DNA of 63,952 nucleotides, the filler included, from Octopus bimaculoides (lineage: Eukaryota), in assembly GCF_001194135.2 (NCBI RefSeq). It is 5 parts of 5 records of this genome, joined end to end, with 100 filler letters (N's around TTAATTAATTAA, not from the genome) between each part and the next. Parts side by side here need not be neighbours in the genome. Positions count along the whole stretch, not along the records: positions 1 to 30,543 come from NC_068998.1; 4 more parts are not named here. One strand, 5' to 3'. Both the position numbers and the translations under genes were made by a program. Under the pieces are notes generated by a model that had not been told where the DNA came from, ran no database searches, and saw nothing but the letters and a program-made list of their open reading frames with translations. Shown in pieces: positions 11,950 to 25,394 of the stretch. Each line of letters begins with the position of its first letter. Positions within the stretch are counted from its first letter, which is position 1.

Positions 11950-12758
11950 GTCTATCTATCTAGCTATCTATCTATCTTTCTACGTATATGCGAGTATGTA
12001 TTTGTGTGTATGTATGCATATATGCGTACATTTACTTAATACATGGAACTCACAAAATAATCATTCTCATTAGGACTTTGCATGTGTCACAATGTACATT
12101 TATAGAAATACGTGACTTATCTACACTCCTACACACCACACACTGTTATATAATACCATATATATTTGTGTGTATACATACATATATATATATACACATG
12201 TACGTGTTTACATATCTATATCTATCTATCTATCTATCCCCGTATATATATATATATATATATATATGTATGCGTATATGTATATGCTTGTATGTAATAC
12301 ATATATGTATATGTATACACACACACANNNNNNNNNNNNNNNNNNNNNNNNNNNNNNNNNNNNNNNNNNNNNNNNNNNNNNNNNNNNNNNNNNNNNNNNN
12401 NNNNNNNNNNNNNNNNNNNNNNNNNNNNNNNNNNNNNNNNNNNNNNNNNNNNNNNNNNNNNNNNNNNNNNNNNNNNNNNNNNNNNNNNNNNNNNNNNNNN
12501 NNNNNNNNNNNNNNNNNNNNNNNNNNNNNNNNNNNNNNNNNNNNNNNNNNNNNNNNNNNNNNNNNNNNNNNNNNNNNNNNNNNNNNNNNNNNNNNNNNNN
12601 NNNNNNNNNNNNNNNNNNNNNNNNNNNNNNNNNNNNNNNNTATATATATATATATCTATATATATATATACATATATGTATATATGTGTGTTTGTGTGTG
12701 TGAATGTATCAGTGCATCTGCATGCGTATACCCACATGCTTCATACACACACACACAA

Positions 12759-12791
<33 letters not shown>

Positions 12792-12978
12792 CACACACAC
12801 ACACAGATATATGCATGTATATATTTGAATATGTATGTATATAATTATATATGAAAATATATATACATATACATACATATATACACACATATATACATAC
12901 ACAAATGCTTATACATACATATATACACCCATATATATATTTACATGCATATATATATATACATATATATATACTCAC

Positions 12979-13014
<36 letters not shown>

Positions 13015-13067
13015 AATGCTTATACATACATACATATATACACCCATATATATATTTACATGCATAT

Positions 13068-13122
<55 letters not shown>

Positions 13123-13514
13123 CACAAATACACTAACATATACACACACACACATACGTCCATGCATGTAGATATATATAATCAACTGAGGATGACACGA
13201 TGATCAGCGTGAAAAAAAAATATCTGGAAAAACAACTTCCATATAGAAATAACAATAACATTACTAAAAAAAGCATTCACCGCGCCACCACCACCACCAC
13301 AAACTTCAATACCAGCAACAACAACAATATCAACAACAAGAACACCTATGGCAGACTCCTCACTACGTCATGCTGACGTCATTGTTAAAAACCAACAAAG
13401 AATGAACGTGTTGTTACAGGAACTCACAGGTGTTGTCGTGTCGCATGCTTCTGTTCGATATATGACTAGGTGTCAGTGTGTGAGTGTGTATAGATATACA
13501 TACATACACATGTT

Positions 13515-13584
<70 letters not shown>

Positions 13585-13748
13585 GATAGTATACATTTAT
13601 ATATATATATATATATATCTACAGTATACATATGTATTATAAATGTATATGCATGCATAGAAAATTGAATACGCACGTACCTATGCATACATCCATTTAC
13701 ACACATACACACACACATACATACATACACACAGGGACGTATTCTTAG

Positions 13749-13785
<37 letters not shown>

Positions 13786-14366
13786 CCCATGTACAACCAC
13801 TCATGTATATGTTAAATAAATGCATGCATAATATATACTTATATATCAATATATACATACTTAAATTTATATATATATACGCATGCACTCCGCCCCACCT
13901 ATATATATATATATACACACACACACATACACAAATGTATCAATAAGTACAACTTTTCATCTATTTACCGATCTTGATACACACGCACACACATGTACAC
14001 ACACACACACACACACACACACTTAAGCAACACACACAAATATATGTACACTAACATACAAACGCATATGAATTATATGTTTGTGTGTTCATGTTAAGCT
14101 ATTCAGCTAAAATGATAGCAAAATTTTCATATTTGAATTCGTCTCGTGTTAAATACTATTAAAACCTCGCTGTTTTTGTTTTTCAGATTCACGACATCAA
14201 GGTAATATGAAATATATTATCTCTCTCATAAATATTTCAATATTGTTTTCTATGTAGTAAATTAAGGTATTATTGTTTTCTTTGCGTACCCTGTACTAAA
14301 ATACCCTCTCCAAAAAATACTTTGCTATTTTATTTCTCCTATACAGCATCAGGTATCATTATTAAT

Positions 14367-14616
14367 TGGTACTCCGTCGGTTACGAGGACTAGGGTTCCA
14401 GTTGATACGATTAGCGGAACAGCCTGCTCGTGAAATTAACGTGCAAGTGGCTGAGCACTCCACAGGCACCCGTACCCTTAACGTAAACCTCAGGGAGATT
14501 CAGCGTGACATAAAAAGTGACAAGGCTGGTCCCTTTGAATTGCAGGTGCTACTCATTTTTACTAGTTGAGTGAACTGGAGCAATGAGAAATAAAGCATCT
14601 TACCCAAGGACACAAC
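14367..14616 (-). mobile_element. SINE family B, 5'-truncated (CORE/Meta-like body plus shared 3' tail)
   Basis: Reverse complement gttgtgtccttgggtaag...tgctccagttcactcaac..., then the same tail as 52500-52663 (gagtgctcagccacttgcacgttaatttcacgagcaggctgttcc). Confidence 0.8.
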
Positions 14617-14791
14617 GATAGAAAAACCCTATCCATTTAAATGTCTGTGTTGTATTACATGAAGATATTTCACTGCATCCCCTCCCAAGCTTTCAGTTAT
14701 ATTGTAAAATCTTTTATCCTTCACTCGCCCCAGGACACTGGGTGTGTCTCGGCAAGTAACTGTAACAAAGATGCAGATAAAAAGTAAAGAT

Positions 14792-14844
<53 letters not shown>

Positions 14845-14866
14845 TAATAATAATAATAATAATAAA

Positions 14867-15422
14867 TGCCCGGATGCAGTACCAGGCAGTGGCTCTCATG
14901 GCTTCTGATCTTAATTGATTGGAAGTGGTATCATGTACATTGTTTTGTCTTGGTATAAAAGATGGGCTACAGCAAATATTCTGTTTAATACCACTGTTTT
15001 GCTTGTCAGTTGTTTGACCTCAGCCAGTTGAGCATGTCCCTTGGTTGCTGACGATATGTGCATCTCTGATCATGAGCAGAAGTAGTAGGGGAGCATCATA
15101 GCCATGTGTTGAGAGGAATTCTTTGGGGTTTGAATAATTCCCCTTTGGAAACTTGGATGTTTTGCTCAACATCCTTAAACAAACCTTATTCAGGGACCTT
15201 TTGAGTGGGATGGGCTACTCGACCTGAAGAAAATTCTAACTGGGCCCCACCTGCAAAGTCATGCACTGTTTATCTTCATATGAGATCACTATGTCGCGCA
15301 CATATTGTTGTGATGCATGTGCCTGGTGTACCCTTATCAGCCGGGTGGTCATGACGGGTATAATGGGCTTCGTATATTTTGCCCCAGTGTCACTTTGATG
15401 GCATACACTACTCTCTCACTCA
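14867..15422 (+). mobile_element. Unclassified ~556-bp non-coding interspersed element in (TAA)n ('element X'), copy 1
   Basis: Homologous to 47134-47639 and 56720-57071. Ends are TGCCC...CTCTCACTCA, with (TAA)n on both sides. Confidence 0.85.
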
Positions 15423-15439
15423 ATAATAATAACAATAAT

Positions 15440-15642
15440 CCTTTCTACTGGAAACACAAGGCCTCGAATTTGGGGAAAGGAGTTAAGTCGATTACATCGA
15501 CTCCAGTATGCAACTGATACTTAATTTATCGACCCCGAAAAAACGAAAGGCAAAGTCGACCAGAGTGGAATTTGAACTCAGAACGAAGCGACGAGTGAAA
15601 TACCGCAAAGCATTACGTCCAGCGTCCTAGCGATTTTGCCAG
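15440..15642 (-). mobile_element. SINE-A
   Basis: Reverse complement of the family A body and tail. Its (ATT)n tail is the tract adjoining element X. Confidence 0.85.
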
Positions 15643-16304
15643 AAGAGCATGAATTGTACATTGAATAACGCACAGCAAGTGAACAGAGACTGAGTCGGGG
15701 TAAAAAAGAAAGAAAAATAAAATCAGAAAGCGTGGTGCCATCTGGTGTACTACTGTCAAATTTCAGGAAGCATGGAAGTCTTGGAGGGTGTAGTATCCCG
15801 ATAGCTAACAACTGATGCGGGTAGTTTATTCCATGCTTCAGCAATTCTGAGCGTGCAAATAATGTATGTCTCTGAAAATCATGGATGCTGTGGCGTGTTT
15901 TGATTTTGTATGTCCAAGAGTGGACAATTCTTAGTTTGAATCGAACTGGAGTCGATTTTATGTTTCACTCTTTCAGAGGGTGATAAAATAAATTGCCAGT
16001 CAAAACACAGGGGTCGTTTTTAACACTCATACAAAACACCCTGGATATCAGTGGTATTATAATAGAAGTCTAAAGATCACGGGTCTGAAAACCAACTGTT
16101 GCCGGCTTTAAGTTTTATCATTCGAATGCTTGATAAGATGAACCAGTGAAGTGCTAAGGTCAACTTAATCGAGTATGTCTGTCACACGATGATTTTAGTC
16201 CTTCGACCTCTGTTAAAAATCAATATTTTATCGGTTCAAACTCAGGCGCACTGACGCACAGACGCACAGACAAACATCTAACTAACGAACTTCCGTCCTA
16301 AATC

Positions 16305-16418
16305 ATCATCATCAACTCCTCCTCCTCCTCCTCCTCCTCCTCCTTCTTCTTCTTCGTCTTCTTCTTCTTCTTCTTCTTCTTCTTCTTCTTCTTCTTCTTC
16401 TTCTTCTTCTTCTTCTTC
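16305..16418. repeat. (TCA)/(TCC)/(TTC)n polypyrimidine microsatellite running into a gap
   Basis: Direct reading. Confidence 0.95.
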
Positions 16419-17459
16419 NNNNNNNNNNNNNNNNNNNNNNNNNNNNNNNNNNNNNNNNNNNNNNNNNNNNNNNNNNNNNNNNNNNNNNNNNNNNNNNNNN
16501 NNNNNNNNNNNNNNNNNNNNNNNNNNNNNNNNNNNNNNNNNNNNNNNNNNNNNNNNNNNNNNNNNNNNNNNNNNNNNNNNNNNNNNNNNNNNNNNNNNNN
16601 NNNNNNNNNNNNNNNNNNNNNNNNNNNNNNNNNNNNNNNNNNNNNNNNNNNNNNNNNNNNNNNNNNNNNNNNNNNNNNNNNNNNNNNNNNNNNNNNNNNN
16701 NNNNNNNNNNNNNNNNNNNNNNNNNNNNNNNNNNNNNNNNNNNNNNNNNNNNNNNNNNNNNNNNNNNNNNNNNNNNNNNNNNNNNNNNNNNNNNNNNNNN
16801 NNNNNNNNNNNNNNNNNNNNNNNNNNNNNNNNNNNNNNNNNNNNNNNNNNNNNNNNNNNNNNNNNNNNNNNNNNNNNNNNNNNNNNNNNNNNNNNNNNNN
16901 NNNNNNNNNNNNNNNNNNNNNNNNNNNNNNNNNNNNNNNNNNNNNNNNNNNATATATATATATATATTTATATATGTATATATATTTATATATGTATATA
17001 TATATGAATGAATTGATAGTGACATAGATAGTTATATTTATATACACATATACACACACACACATGGAGATAAACAGATATTCTGTTCCCAATTTTGATA
17101 ATATTCTGGACTCCTATTTGTATTTTCCCCTCCTCCACCACAAACGTAGCTTACACACATACACGCATGTATGTATTTATGTATGTATGTATGTATGTAT
17201 GTATGTATGTATGTATGTATGTATGTGTGTATGTATGCCTGCTTGCATTTATGTATATATATGTATGTGTCGGTATATGAGTAAATATATAAGATGGATA
17301 TATGTGTGTGTGTGTGTGTGTGTATCTGTGTCTGTGTCTGTGCGTGCGTGTGTGTGTGTCTGTTTGTGTATGTTGTGTGCGTATGTGTGTCTGTTTGTGT
17401 ATGTTTGTTTGTGTGTGTGCTTGTGCGTGTATATATATATATATATATTCTTTTATTCT

Positions 17460-17600
17460 TTTACTTGTTTCAATCATTTGACTGCGGCCATGCTGGAGCA
17501 CCGCCTTCAGTCGAACAAATCGACCCCAGGTCTTAGTCTTTGTAAGCCTAGTGCTCCTTCGGTCTGTTTTGCCAAACCGCTAAGCTTCAGGGATGTAAAC
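17460..17600 (-). mobile_element. SINE family C, 3' half
   Basis: cttgtttcaatcatttgactgcggccatgctggagcaccgcc...gccaaaccgctaag matches 19160-19290. Confidence 0.85.
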
Positions 17601-18140
17601 ACGGACTACATAAAATGAACGAAGAATTGCTTCTCTCCATGTTTTTTTCCTCGGCAAACGCTACCAAAGCACACTAGTTTTGGTCCATGATAGAGAAATC
17701 ATCCAGAGTAAAAATGATGGTTCTATTGTCGTTCAGTTTAACTTTAATGCTATCTTAATACAATTTATGATTTACCTCAAAGAATTACCGTACATTTACT
17801 CCGCCAGATCACGTACATAATTCTACTTATTTTACGACAGCATCCATTTCCTTTTCTCACCACATACTTAACACAAAACGATCATAAGTATAACGTTTTG
17901 TCTCCAACACGTATATTAAGGAAATGGCTGAAAATTGTCTAGTTTTCATTGTATGAATTACAAGATCGTTTCCAAACATTTGAAAATAAAGGTACAAGGG
18001 TTGACCGTATGAAATTATTGTATCTCTTAATCCAGTAAAGGCCTGCATTGTTTGAGGTACGTTGAAAATAAAAGAAAACTTATATTTTCAATTTATCGCT
18101 GTTGCCTCACACATCCATATTTTCTACTTACACACACACA

Positions 18141-18183
<43 letters not shown>

Positions 18184-18228
18184 TCATTTCATACATTTAT
18201 TGTTTTACTCACTTGAGTCACAAAACTA

Positions 18229-18298
18229 GGGCCATGTTGGGGCCATACTGGGGCCATACTGGGGCCATACTGGGGCCATACTGGGCCATACTGAGGCC
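18229..18298 (+). repeat. 11-bp tandem repeat (GGGGCCATACT)n expanded from the SINE-C tail
   Basis: About five units. Unit resembles the SINE-C motif ggccatgctgg. Four GGGG runs plus one GGG. Confidence 0.85.
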
Positions 18299-18736
18299 CC
18301 ACCTTTAAGAGTTCAGCCGATCAAATCGGCCTCAGTCCTTATTTCTTTAAATCTGGTACTTATTCTATCCCTATTTTAAATCAACCTGCTAAGTTACAGA
18401 AACGTAAACAAACCAGCACCAGTTATGAAGCGGTGGGGAAAATGCAATGAATCTCTCTCTCTCTTTCTCTTTCTATCTCTCCCTCTCATTCATTCATTCA
18501 TTCTTTCTTTCTTTCTTTCTTTCTGTCACATGCACGCACGCAAGCACACAGACAGGCAGACAGACAAGCACACTCACACATATACATGGAAAGTGCTTCT
18601 ATATAGTTTTCGTTAACCAAGTTCACTCAGAAGTCATTGGTTGACCCGGGGTAATTGTAGAAAACGTCACCCAATATGTCACACAGAAGGACTAAATCCC
18701 AAACCACGTGGTACATACATAACACATACATGTATA

Positions 18737-19040
18737 TACGTAATCTGATCAATAAGTATCCGGACTGTTGCATAGTAACGAAGCTAAATCATGCAGTATA
18801 AAGCCGATTGGCAGAGATTGACTTTGAACTGTACTGTGCATGCGCACTAAGTTTAAACGCTCTGTCTCACTTCCAGTGTTTACAACAGTGCTTGGAAGAA
18901 ACATGTATAGCGTGTGATAATCGCATTGACCATAACAGAGAAAGTTGTCATGGCGATTCCTACTCAGAGGCCCACGCAATATTACAAAAAACCGCACACA
19001 AGTGTACGAGTGGTTGAGACGTTTTCAAGATGGCCGATCT
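18737..19040 (+). mobile_element. Mariner 5' relic (TIR plus HTH fragment)
   Basis: TACG..TCTGATCAATAAGTATCCGGACT resembles a mariner TIR. RTQVYEWLRRFQDGRS is the mariner N-terminal motif. Confidence 0.7.
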
Positions 19041-19157
19041 TCCTTATATCCATTTCAATTTTGTCTTATTTTCGTTCTCATCACAATTAAAAAAATTTTA
19101 ATTAGCATTTCTGTTATGAATGATGAACCTATAATTTTTACAATCTAAGAGTCTTTA

Positions 19158-19345
19158 TTTACTTGTTTCAGTCATTTGACTGTGGCCATGCTGGAGCACC
19201 GCCCTTTAGTCGAGCAAATCGACCCCGGGACTTATTCTTTGTAAGCCTAGTACTTATTCTATCGGTCTCTTTTGCCGAACCGCTAAGTTACGGGGACATA
19301 AGCACACCAGCATCGGTTGTCAAGCAATGCTAGGGGGACAAACCG

Positions 19346-19384
<39 letters not shown>

Positions 19385-19565
19385 CATATATACATATATA
19401 CGACAGGCTTCTTTCAGTTTCCGTCTACCAAATCCACTCACAAGGCTTTGGTCGGCCCGAGGCTATAGTAGAAGACACTTGCCCAAGGTTCGACGCAGTG
19501 GGACTGAACCCGGAACCATGTGGTTGGTAGGCAAGCTACTTACCACACAGCCATTCCTGCGCCTA
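19158..19565 (-). mobile_element. Full-length SINE-C with internal (CA)n(TA)n microsatellite
   Basis: Reverse complement: tRNA-like head ggcgcaggaatggctgtgtggtaag...ccgggttcagtccc, body cttgggcaagtgtcttctactatagc, microsatellite, then tail ending gactgaaacaagtaa. Confidence 0.9.
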
Positions 19566-20069
19566 TATCGAAAACCGTTTATTTCATTAACAGAAAAAAA
19601 AGTTACAAAAATGCGTTTCAATACACTGTGACGTCTGGCCATTCTTGATTATGTCAAGAAACTATTGGTAACCAAAGATCTGAGGAATTAGGTTTTGGCA
19701 GCAGAAAAATGGATGTAACAACAGGGACTGACAATTAACTGACAACGCTGTGACGTCAATAAGGATCACAGGGTACATGATGCGGTGGCTGATAGAACTG
19801 GGATTTGAAAATGTAGATTCTGTGGAGTACCATGAATTGGTGGCGACTAGGTGTCCCCCGTAGTTTACTATGTAACAAAATACTTACTTCGGTAGGGGGA
19901 GAAGCGAGTAAGTATTGTGGTCAAGCAACGGCTCTTCGTAAATATTAGGAATTTAATAGCTTCTAATTAGAATAATTTTTTCTATGTATTAACATCTTCA
20001 AAATATACATACGTGGTAATTGTGTATTAACGTAAATTTGCATACCCGGAATATCATTCTTTGACTCCG

Positions 20070-21678
20070 TGAGATTGTGTTTCTCACCACCACTGCCGCC
20101 GCCGCCGCCAATACCACCACCACCACCACCACTTCAGACGTCAATATCATTACCTAAACTATCGCCAACACCATTATCACGATCAGCACCACTACCACCA
20201 CCATTACCATCACCACCGCCACCAACACCACCGTCTCCACCACGACTATCATAAACAACAATCACAAGGCCATCACAAAGATTACTACCATCAATTACAT
20301 CAATTTCATCACCAGCACCACCATCACCACCACCGCAACCATCAACACAATCACCATCATCATATCTGCTGCCGCCATCACCGCCGTCGTGATTCCGATC
20401 AAGAAAATCCTCACCTTCAACATCACTAATCCAGCCACCACCCACCACCACNNNNNNNNNNNNNNNNNNNNNNNNNNNNNNNNNNNNNNNNNNNNNNNNN
20501 NNNNNNNNNNNNNNNNNNNNNNNNNNNNNNNNNNNNNNNNNNNNNNNNNNNNNNNNNNNNNNNNNNNNNNNNNNNNNNNNNNNNNNNNNNNNNNNNNNNN
20601 NNNNNNNNNNNNNNNNNNNNNNNNNNNNNNNNNNNNNNNNNNNNNNNNNNNNNNNNNNNNNNNNNNNNNNNNNNNNNNNNNNNNNNNNNNNNNNNNNNNN
20701 NNNNNNNNNNNNNNNNNNNNNNNNNNNNNNNNNNNNNNNNNNNNNNNNNNNNNNNNNNNNNNNNNNNNNNNNNNNNNNNNNNNNNNNNNNNNNNNNNNNN
20801 NNNNNNNNNNNNNNNNNNNNNNNNNNNNNNNNNNNNNNNNNNNNNNNNNNNNNNNNNNNNNNNNNNNNNNNNNNNNNNNNNNNNNNNNNNNNNNNNNNNN
20901 NNNNNNNNNNNNNNNNNNNNNNNNNNNNNNNNNNNNNNNNNNNNNNNNNNNNNNNNNNNNNNNNNNNNNNNNNNNNNNNNNNNNNNNNNNNNNNNNNNNN
21001 NNNNNNNNNNNNNNNNNNNNNNNNNNNNNNNNNNNNNNNNNNNNNNNNNNNNNNNNNNNNNNNNNNNNNNNNNNNNNNNNNNNNNNNNNNNNNNNNNNNN
21101 NNNNNNACGACGACGACGACGACGACGACGACCACCACCACCACCACCACCACCACCGCCTCCACCACCAGTCACAGTACGTCCACCAACTTCGTCATCA
21201 TCATCACCAGCAGCAGCAGCACAACCATCATCAAAATAAGCTCACCATCATCCTCGCCAACACCACCACCAGCACCCCCAGCGGTAACAACATCAAAAGA
21301 ATTATTGATTTCTCATTGATCCATCGACAGACATACATACACACATACGCTCGCACGCAAGCATCCATACACAGACACCCGCATATTCATTGACATATTA
21401 CACACTCACATACACTCACACACACACACACACGCGTTAATTTACACGCATACATATATTCACACATACATGCATTTCCGCACACATACACACACATATA
21501 TCCCTATAGAAGATGACGTTCGCAACTACACATGTACACACATGAGCGTATATCCAAATATACACATGTACACATATATACATACGTATATCCGTATGCA
21601 AAGAGACAGAATGCCACAACCGCATACATACACATATCTATAAACACATATCTACTCACATACTCACAAACTCATGTC

Positions 21679-21739
<61 letters not shown>

Positions 21740-22369
21740 NNNNNNNNNNNNNNNNNNNNNNNNNNNNNNNNNNNNNNNNNNNNNNNNNNNNNNNNNNNNN
21801 NNNNNNNNNNNNNNNNNNNNNNNNNNNNNNNNNNNNNNNNNNNNNNNNNNNNNNNNNNNNNNNNNNNNNNNNNNNNNNNNNNNNNNNNNNNNNNNNNNNN
21901 NNNNNNNNNNNNNNNNNNNNNNNNNNNNNNNNNNNNNNNNNNNNNNNNNNNNNNNNNNNNNNNNNNNNNNNNNNNNNNNNNNNNNNNNNNNNNNNNNNNN
22001 NNNNNNNNNNNNNNNNNNNNNNNNNNNNNNNNNNNNNNNNNNNNNNNNNNNNNNNNNNNNNNNNNNNNNNNNNNNNNNNNNNNNNNNNNNNNNNNNNNNN
22101 NNNNNNNNNNNNNNNNCATTATTACAGAAAAATAACAACGCCACACAGTGGACTTCTCAAAATAACCACATTTAGAACCAATTAGGTACTAAATGTGGTT
22201 ATTTTGAAAAGTCCACTGTGTGACGTTGTTATTTTTCTGTAATAATGCCCTTTATATAAATATAAACGAATAATTATATTCTTGGAAATAGAAATTTCCC
22301 TTACGAATTTTTTTACACACTGGCTTCTTGATAAAATTCCTGTAAAAGAGTTTTATCCCTTTTTGAATT

Positions 22370-22400
<31 letters not shown>

Positions 22401-22569
22401 GTGTGTGTGTATATGGTAAGACACTTGTCGCGAAAGCAAAGAGAGCTGTGGGTTCTAGTCCCATGCGTGCGAAAGTCCTACTTTTATCCGTTGAGGGCTT
22501 ATATGCCCCAATATTAGACGATTTTCTTCAGTCATTACACCGTGATCGCTTAAAAGCTTCAAGCTTCCA

Positions 22570-22601
<32 letters not shown>

Positions 22602-23514
22602 GCAGACATCCACATATGTAGATCCATATACACGTATCCACACACGACCCCCACCACACACACAGGCGCGAGCACACACACACACTCATCCGCACACGTA
22701 TATGTATCCCTTACACGCATACCTACATCAATGCGTATAAATCCACAGACACAAACATACAGTCGCATGCATAGACTCGACTAGAGAAATCGAAGACATA
22801 CACATGCATGCACACACACATATGTCCACAGCAAAACAAATGCATACATACACGTCCACATACATATTTACATGTATATGTTCACAAATGCAGACACATC
22901 TACAAATCCACATGCACGCTTACATGTATTTACACACACGTATCCATACTCAATCGTCTATGCGCACACACACGTATTTATTTCCATATGCATAGAAATA
23001 TCTGCATTCACACACATACTCATTCATACATACAAATATCCACATTTATATACACATACACCCTCAGTTGCAGATACACACGTATACACAGATACTCAAA
23101 CTGACATTCTCACATACATAAACTGATTCTATACACACGCGCGCGCGCACATTTATACATACACATACAACTGCATGCACAAACACATCAACACATTCGC
23201 ACATAAGTACAAATGCACTGACACACACGCACACACATACACATACACAAGCATGGATCCACATTCACAGACGTATGGATGCGCACACGCATACATGTAC
23301 ACATGCATTCACACGCACGCCTTCACAAATGCTCAGAAATGCACGCATAGATCCACATTTGCAGACACATCGATGCAGACGCACACATATCTATACATAC
23401 GTTCACAGACAGACTCACACACATGCATATACACACATCCGCGCTCACACACACACACATGCATGCATATACCAGTGATATCTATAAATTAATCGCATCC
23501 TTTCTAAACTCCAG

Positions 23515-23568
<54 letters not shown>

Positions 23569-24667
23569 ACACCAACATCAATATTACTACTACCACCATT
23601 ACGCCATCACCACCGCTGCCACCAGCACCNNNNNNNNNNNNNNNNNNNNNNNNNNNNNNNNNNNNNNNNNNNNNNNNNNNNNNNNNNNNNNNNNNNNNNN
23701 NNNNNNNNNNNNNNNNNNNNNNNNNNNNNNNNNNNNNNNNNNNNNNNNNNNNNNNNNNNNNNNNNNNNNNNNNNNNNNNNNNNNNNNNNNNNNNNNNNNN
23801 NNNNNNNNNNNNNNNNNNNNNNNNNNNNNNNNNNNNNNNNNNNNNNNNNNNNNNNNNNNNNNNNNNNNNNNNNNNNNNNNNNNNNNNNNNNNNNNNNNNN
23901 NNNNNNNNNNNNNNNNNNNNNNNNNNNNNNNNNNNNNNNNNNNNNNNNNNNNNNNNNNNNNNNNNNNNNNNNNNNNNNNNNNNNNNNNNNNNNNNNNNNN
24001 NNNNNNNNNNNNNNNNNNNNNNNNNNNNNNNNNNNNNNNNNNNACTATTTATACCAACATCACCATGACCACCACCACCATGACCACCACCACCACCACC
24101 ACATCCACCACCACCACTACCACTACTGTGAAAAAGCGGCCAACCGACTTTCAGTGATGCATTCACTTGCATTGTTGCAGCTAGTGACTTTGCATCCATG
24201 CAGCTTGAGTGCATTCGCTCCCCCCCCCCACTCCGCTTCCTTCTCCTCTTGCCACCTCTCTTTCTCTCTGTCTCTCTCTCTGTCTCTCTCTCTTTGTCTC
24301 TTTCTGTCTGTACGTCTCAGCCAGCGCGTGCGCTCTTGTATGTGTGTGTGTTTGTGTGTGCGTGTATGTATATGTGAGTGTTTGTGTGATGTCTGCATAG
24401 GGAGATATGCTCATTGTTACTAAAGACGGTGGCTGTGGTAGTCGTTGTGGTGGTCGTGGTGGCAGTTGTGATGGTGGCGGTTGTGGTGGTGGTTGCAGTG
24501 GTTGTGGCTGTAGTGGTGGTGGTGGTGCTGATGGTGGTTATGGTGAAGGTGGTAATGGTGGTGGTGGTGGTGGTAGTGATGACGATTGCGATAATGATGG
24601 TGATGGTAATGATGTTGGAATATAGTGTTGACAGTGCTGTTGGTGGTGGTGGTGGTGATGGTGCTGG

Positions 24668-24701
<34 letters not shown>

Positions 24702-25363
24702 AATGATGATGATTGTGGTAGTGATGGTGTTGTTGTTGTTGGTGCTGGTTGTGGAAGTGTTACTATTGACAGAATGTGGTTGTTCAGGCACCAGATCAGC
24801 GCCAGAACTTTTTTCATAAATTATAGACATCCCAGCCGTGACCAACCTATTCCAAAGCATCATCTAGAAATAAATTACACCAAGACACATGATTGCATTT
24901 CATTAAAAGAACAGTAGAGATTATTTTGAGAGAGATTTGGCTGCTATGTCTTGCAGATCAAGCCACCGTGTCGGCGCTCTTTCATTGTAACGGCCGATGG
25001 AGGTGGTGGCAGTGGTTGTGGTGAGAGGTAGACTTTGTACTGGTGGTTGTGGTTGTGGTGGTGACGGCCTTTGCACATTGGTGCATATGTATACGTGTGT
25101 GTGTGAGCGCGTGTGCATGTATGCACATGTGCAGGGGATGCAGTGCTTGCACGTGTAATATGCACATACGTGTTGATGGCTTTTATCTGCATGACTGGCA
25201 TTGCACATGTATATACGAATATACATATATATACACACATACACATTTACTCCACACACACACACACACGCACACACACATACACACACACATGCACACG
25301 AACACACATATATCAAGGAACACATGCATATGTCTGTGTGTGTATGAATGTATTTCTCAATAC

Positions 25364-25394
<31 letters not shown>

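Noticed and set aside
12890-13075. ~110-bp duplicated unit within a TA/TACA field
   Set aside because: Ordinary slippage duplication of compound microsatellite.
5590-18298. Short tandem arrays considered as CRISPR-like
   Set aside because: Units are contiguous without spacers, the context is eukaryotic and there are no cas genes.
19480-19565. tRNA-like sequences (also 52310-52385 and 33815-33905)
   Set aside because: They continue into SINE bodies and lack a complete acceptor stem, so they are SINE heads and not tRNA genes.
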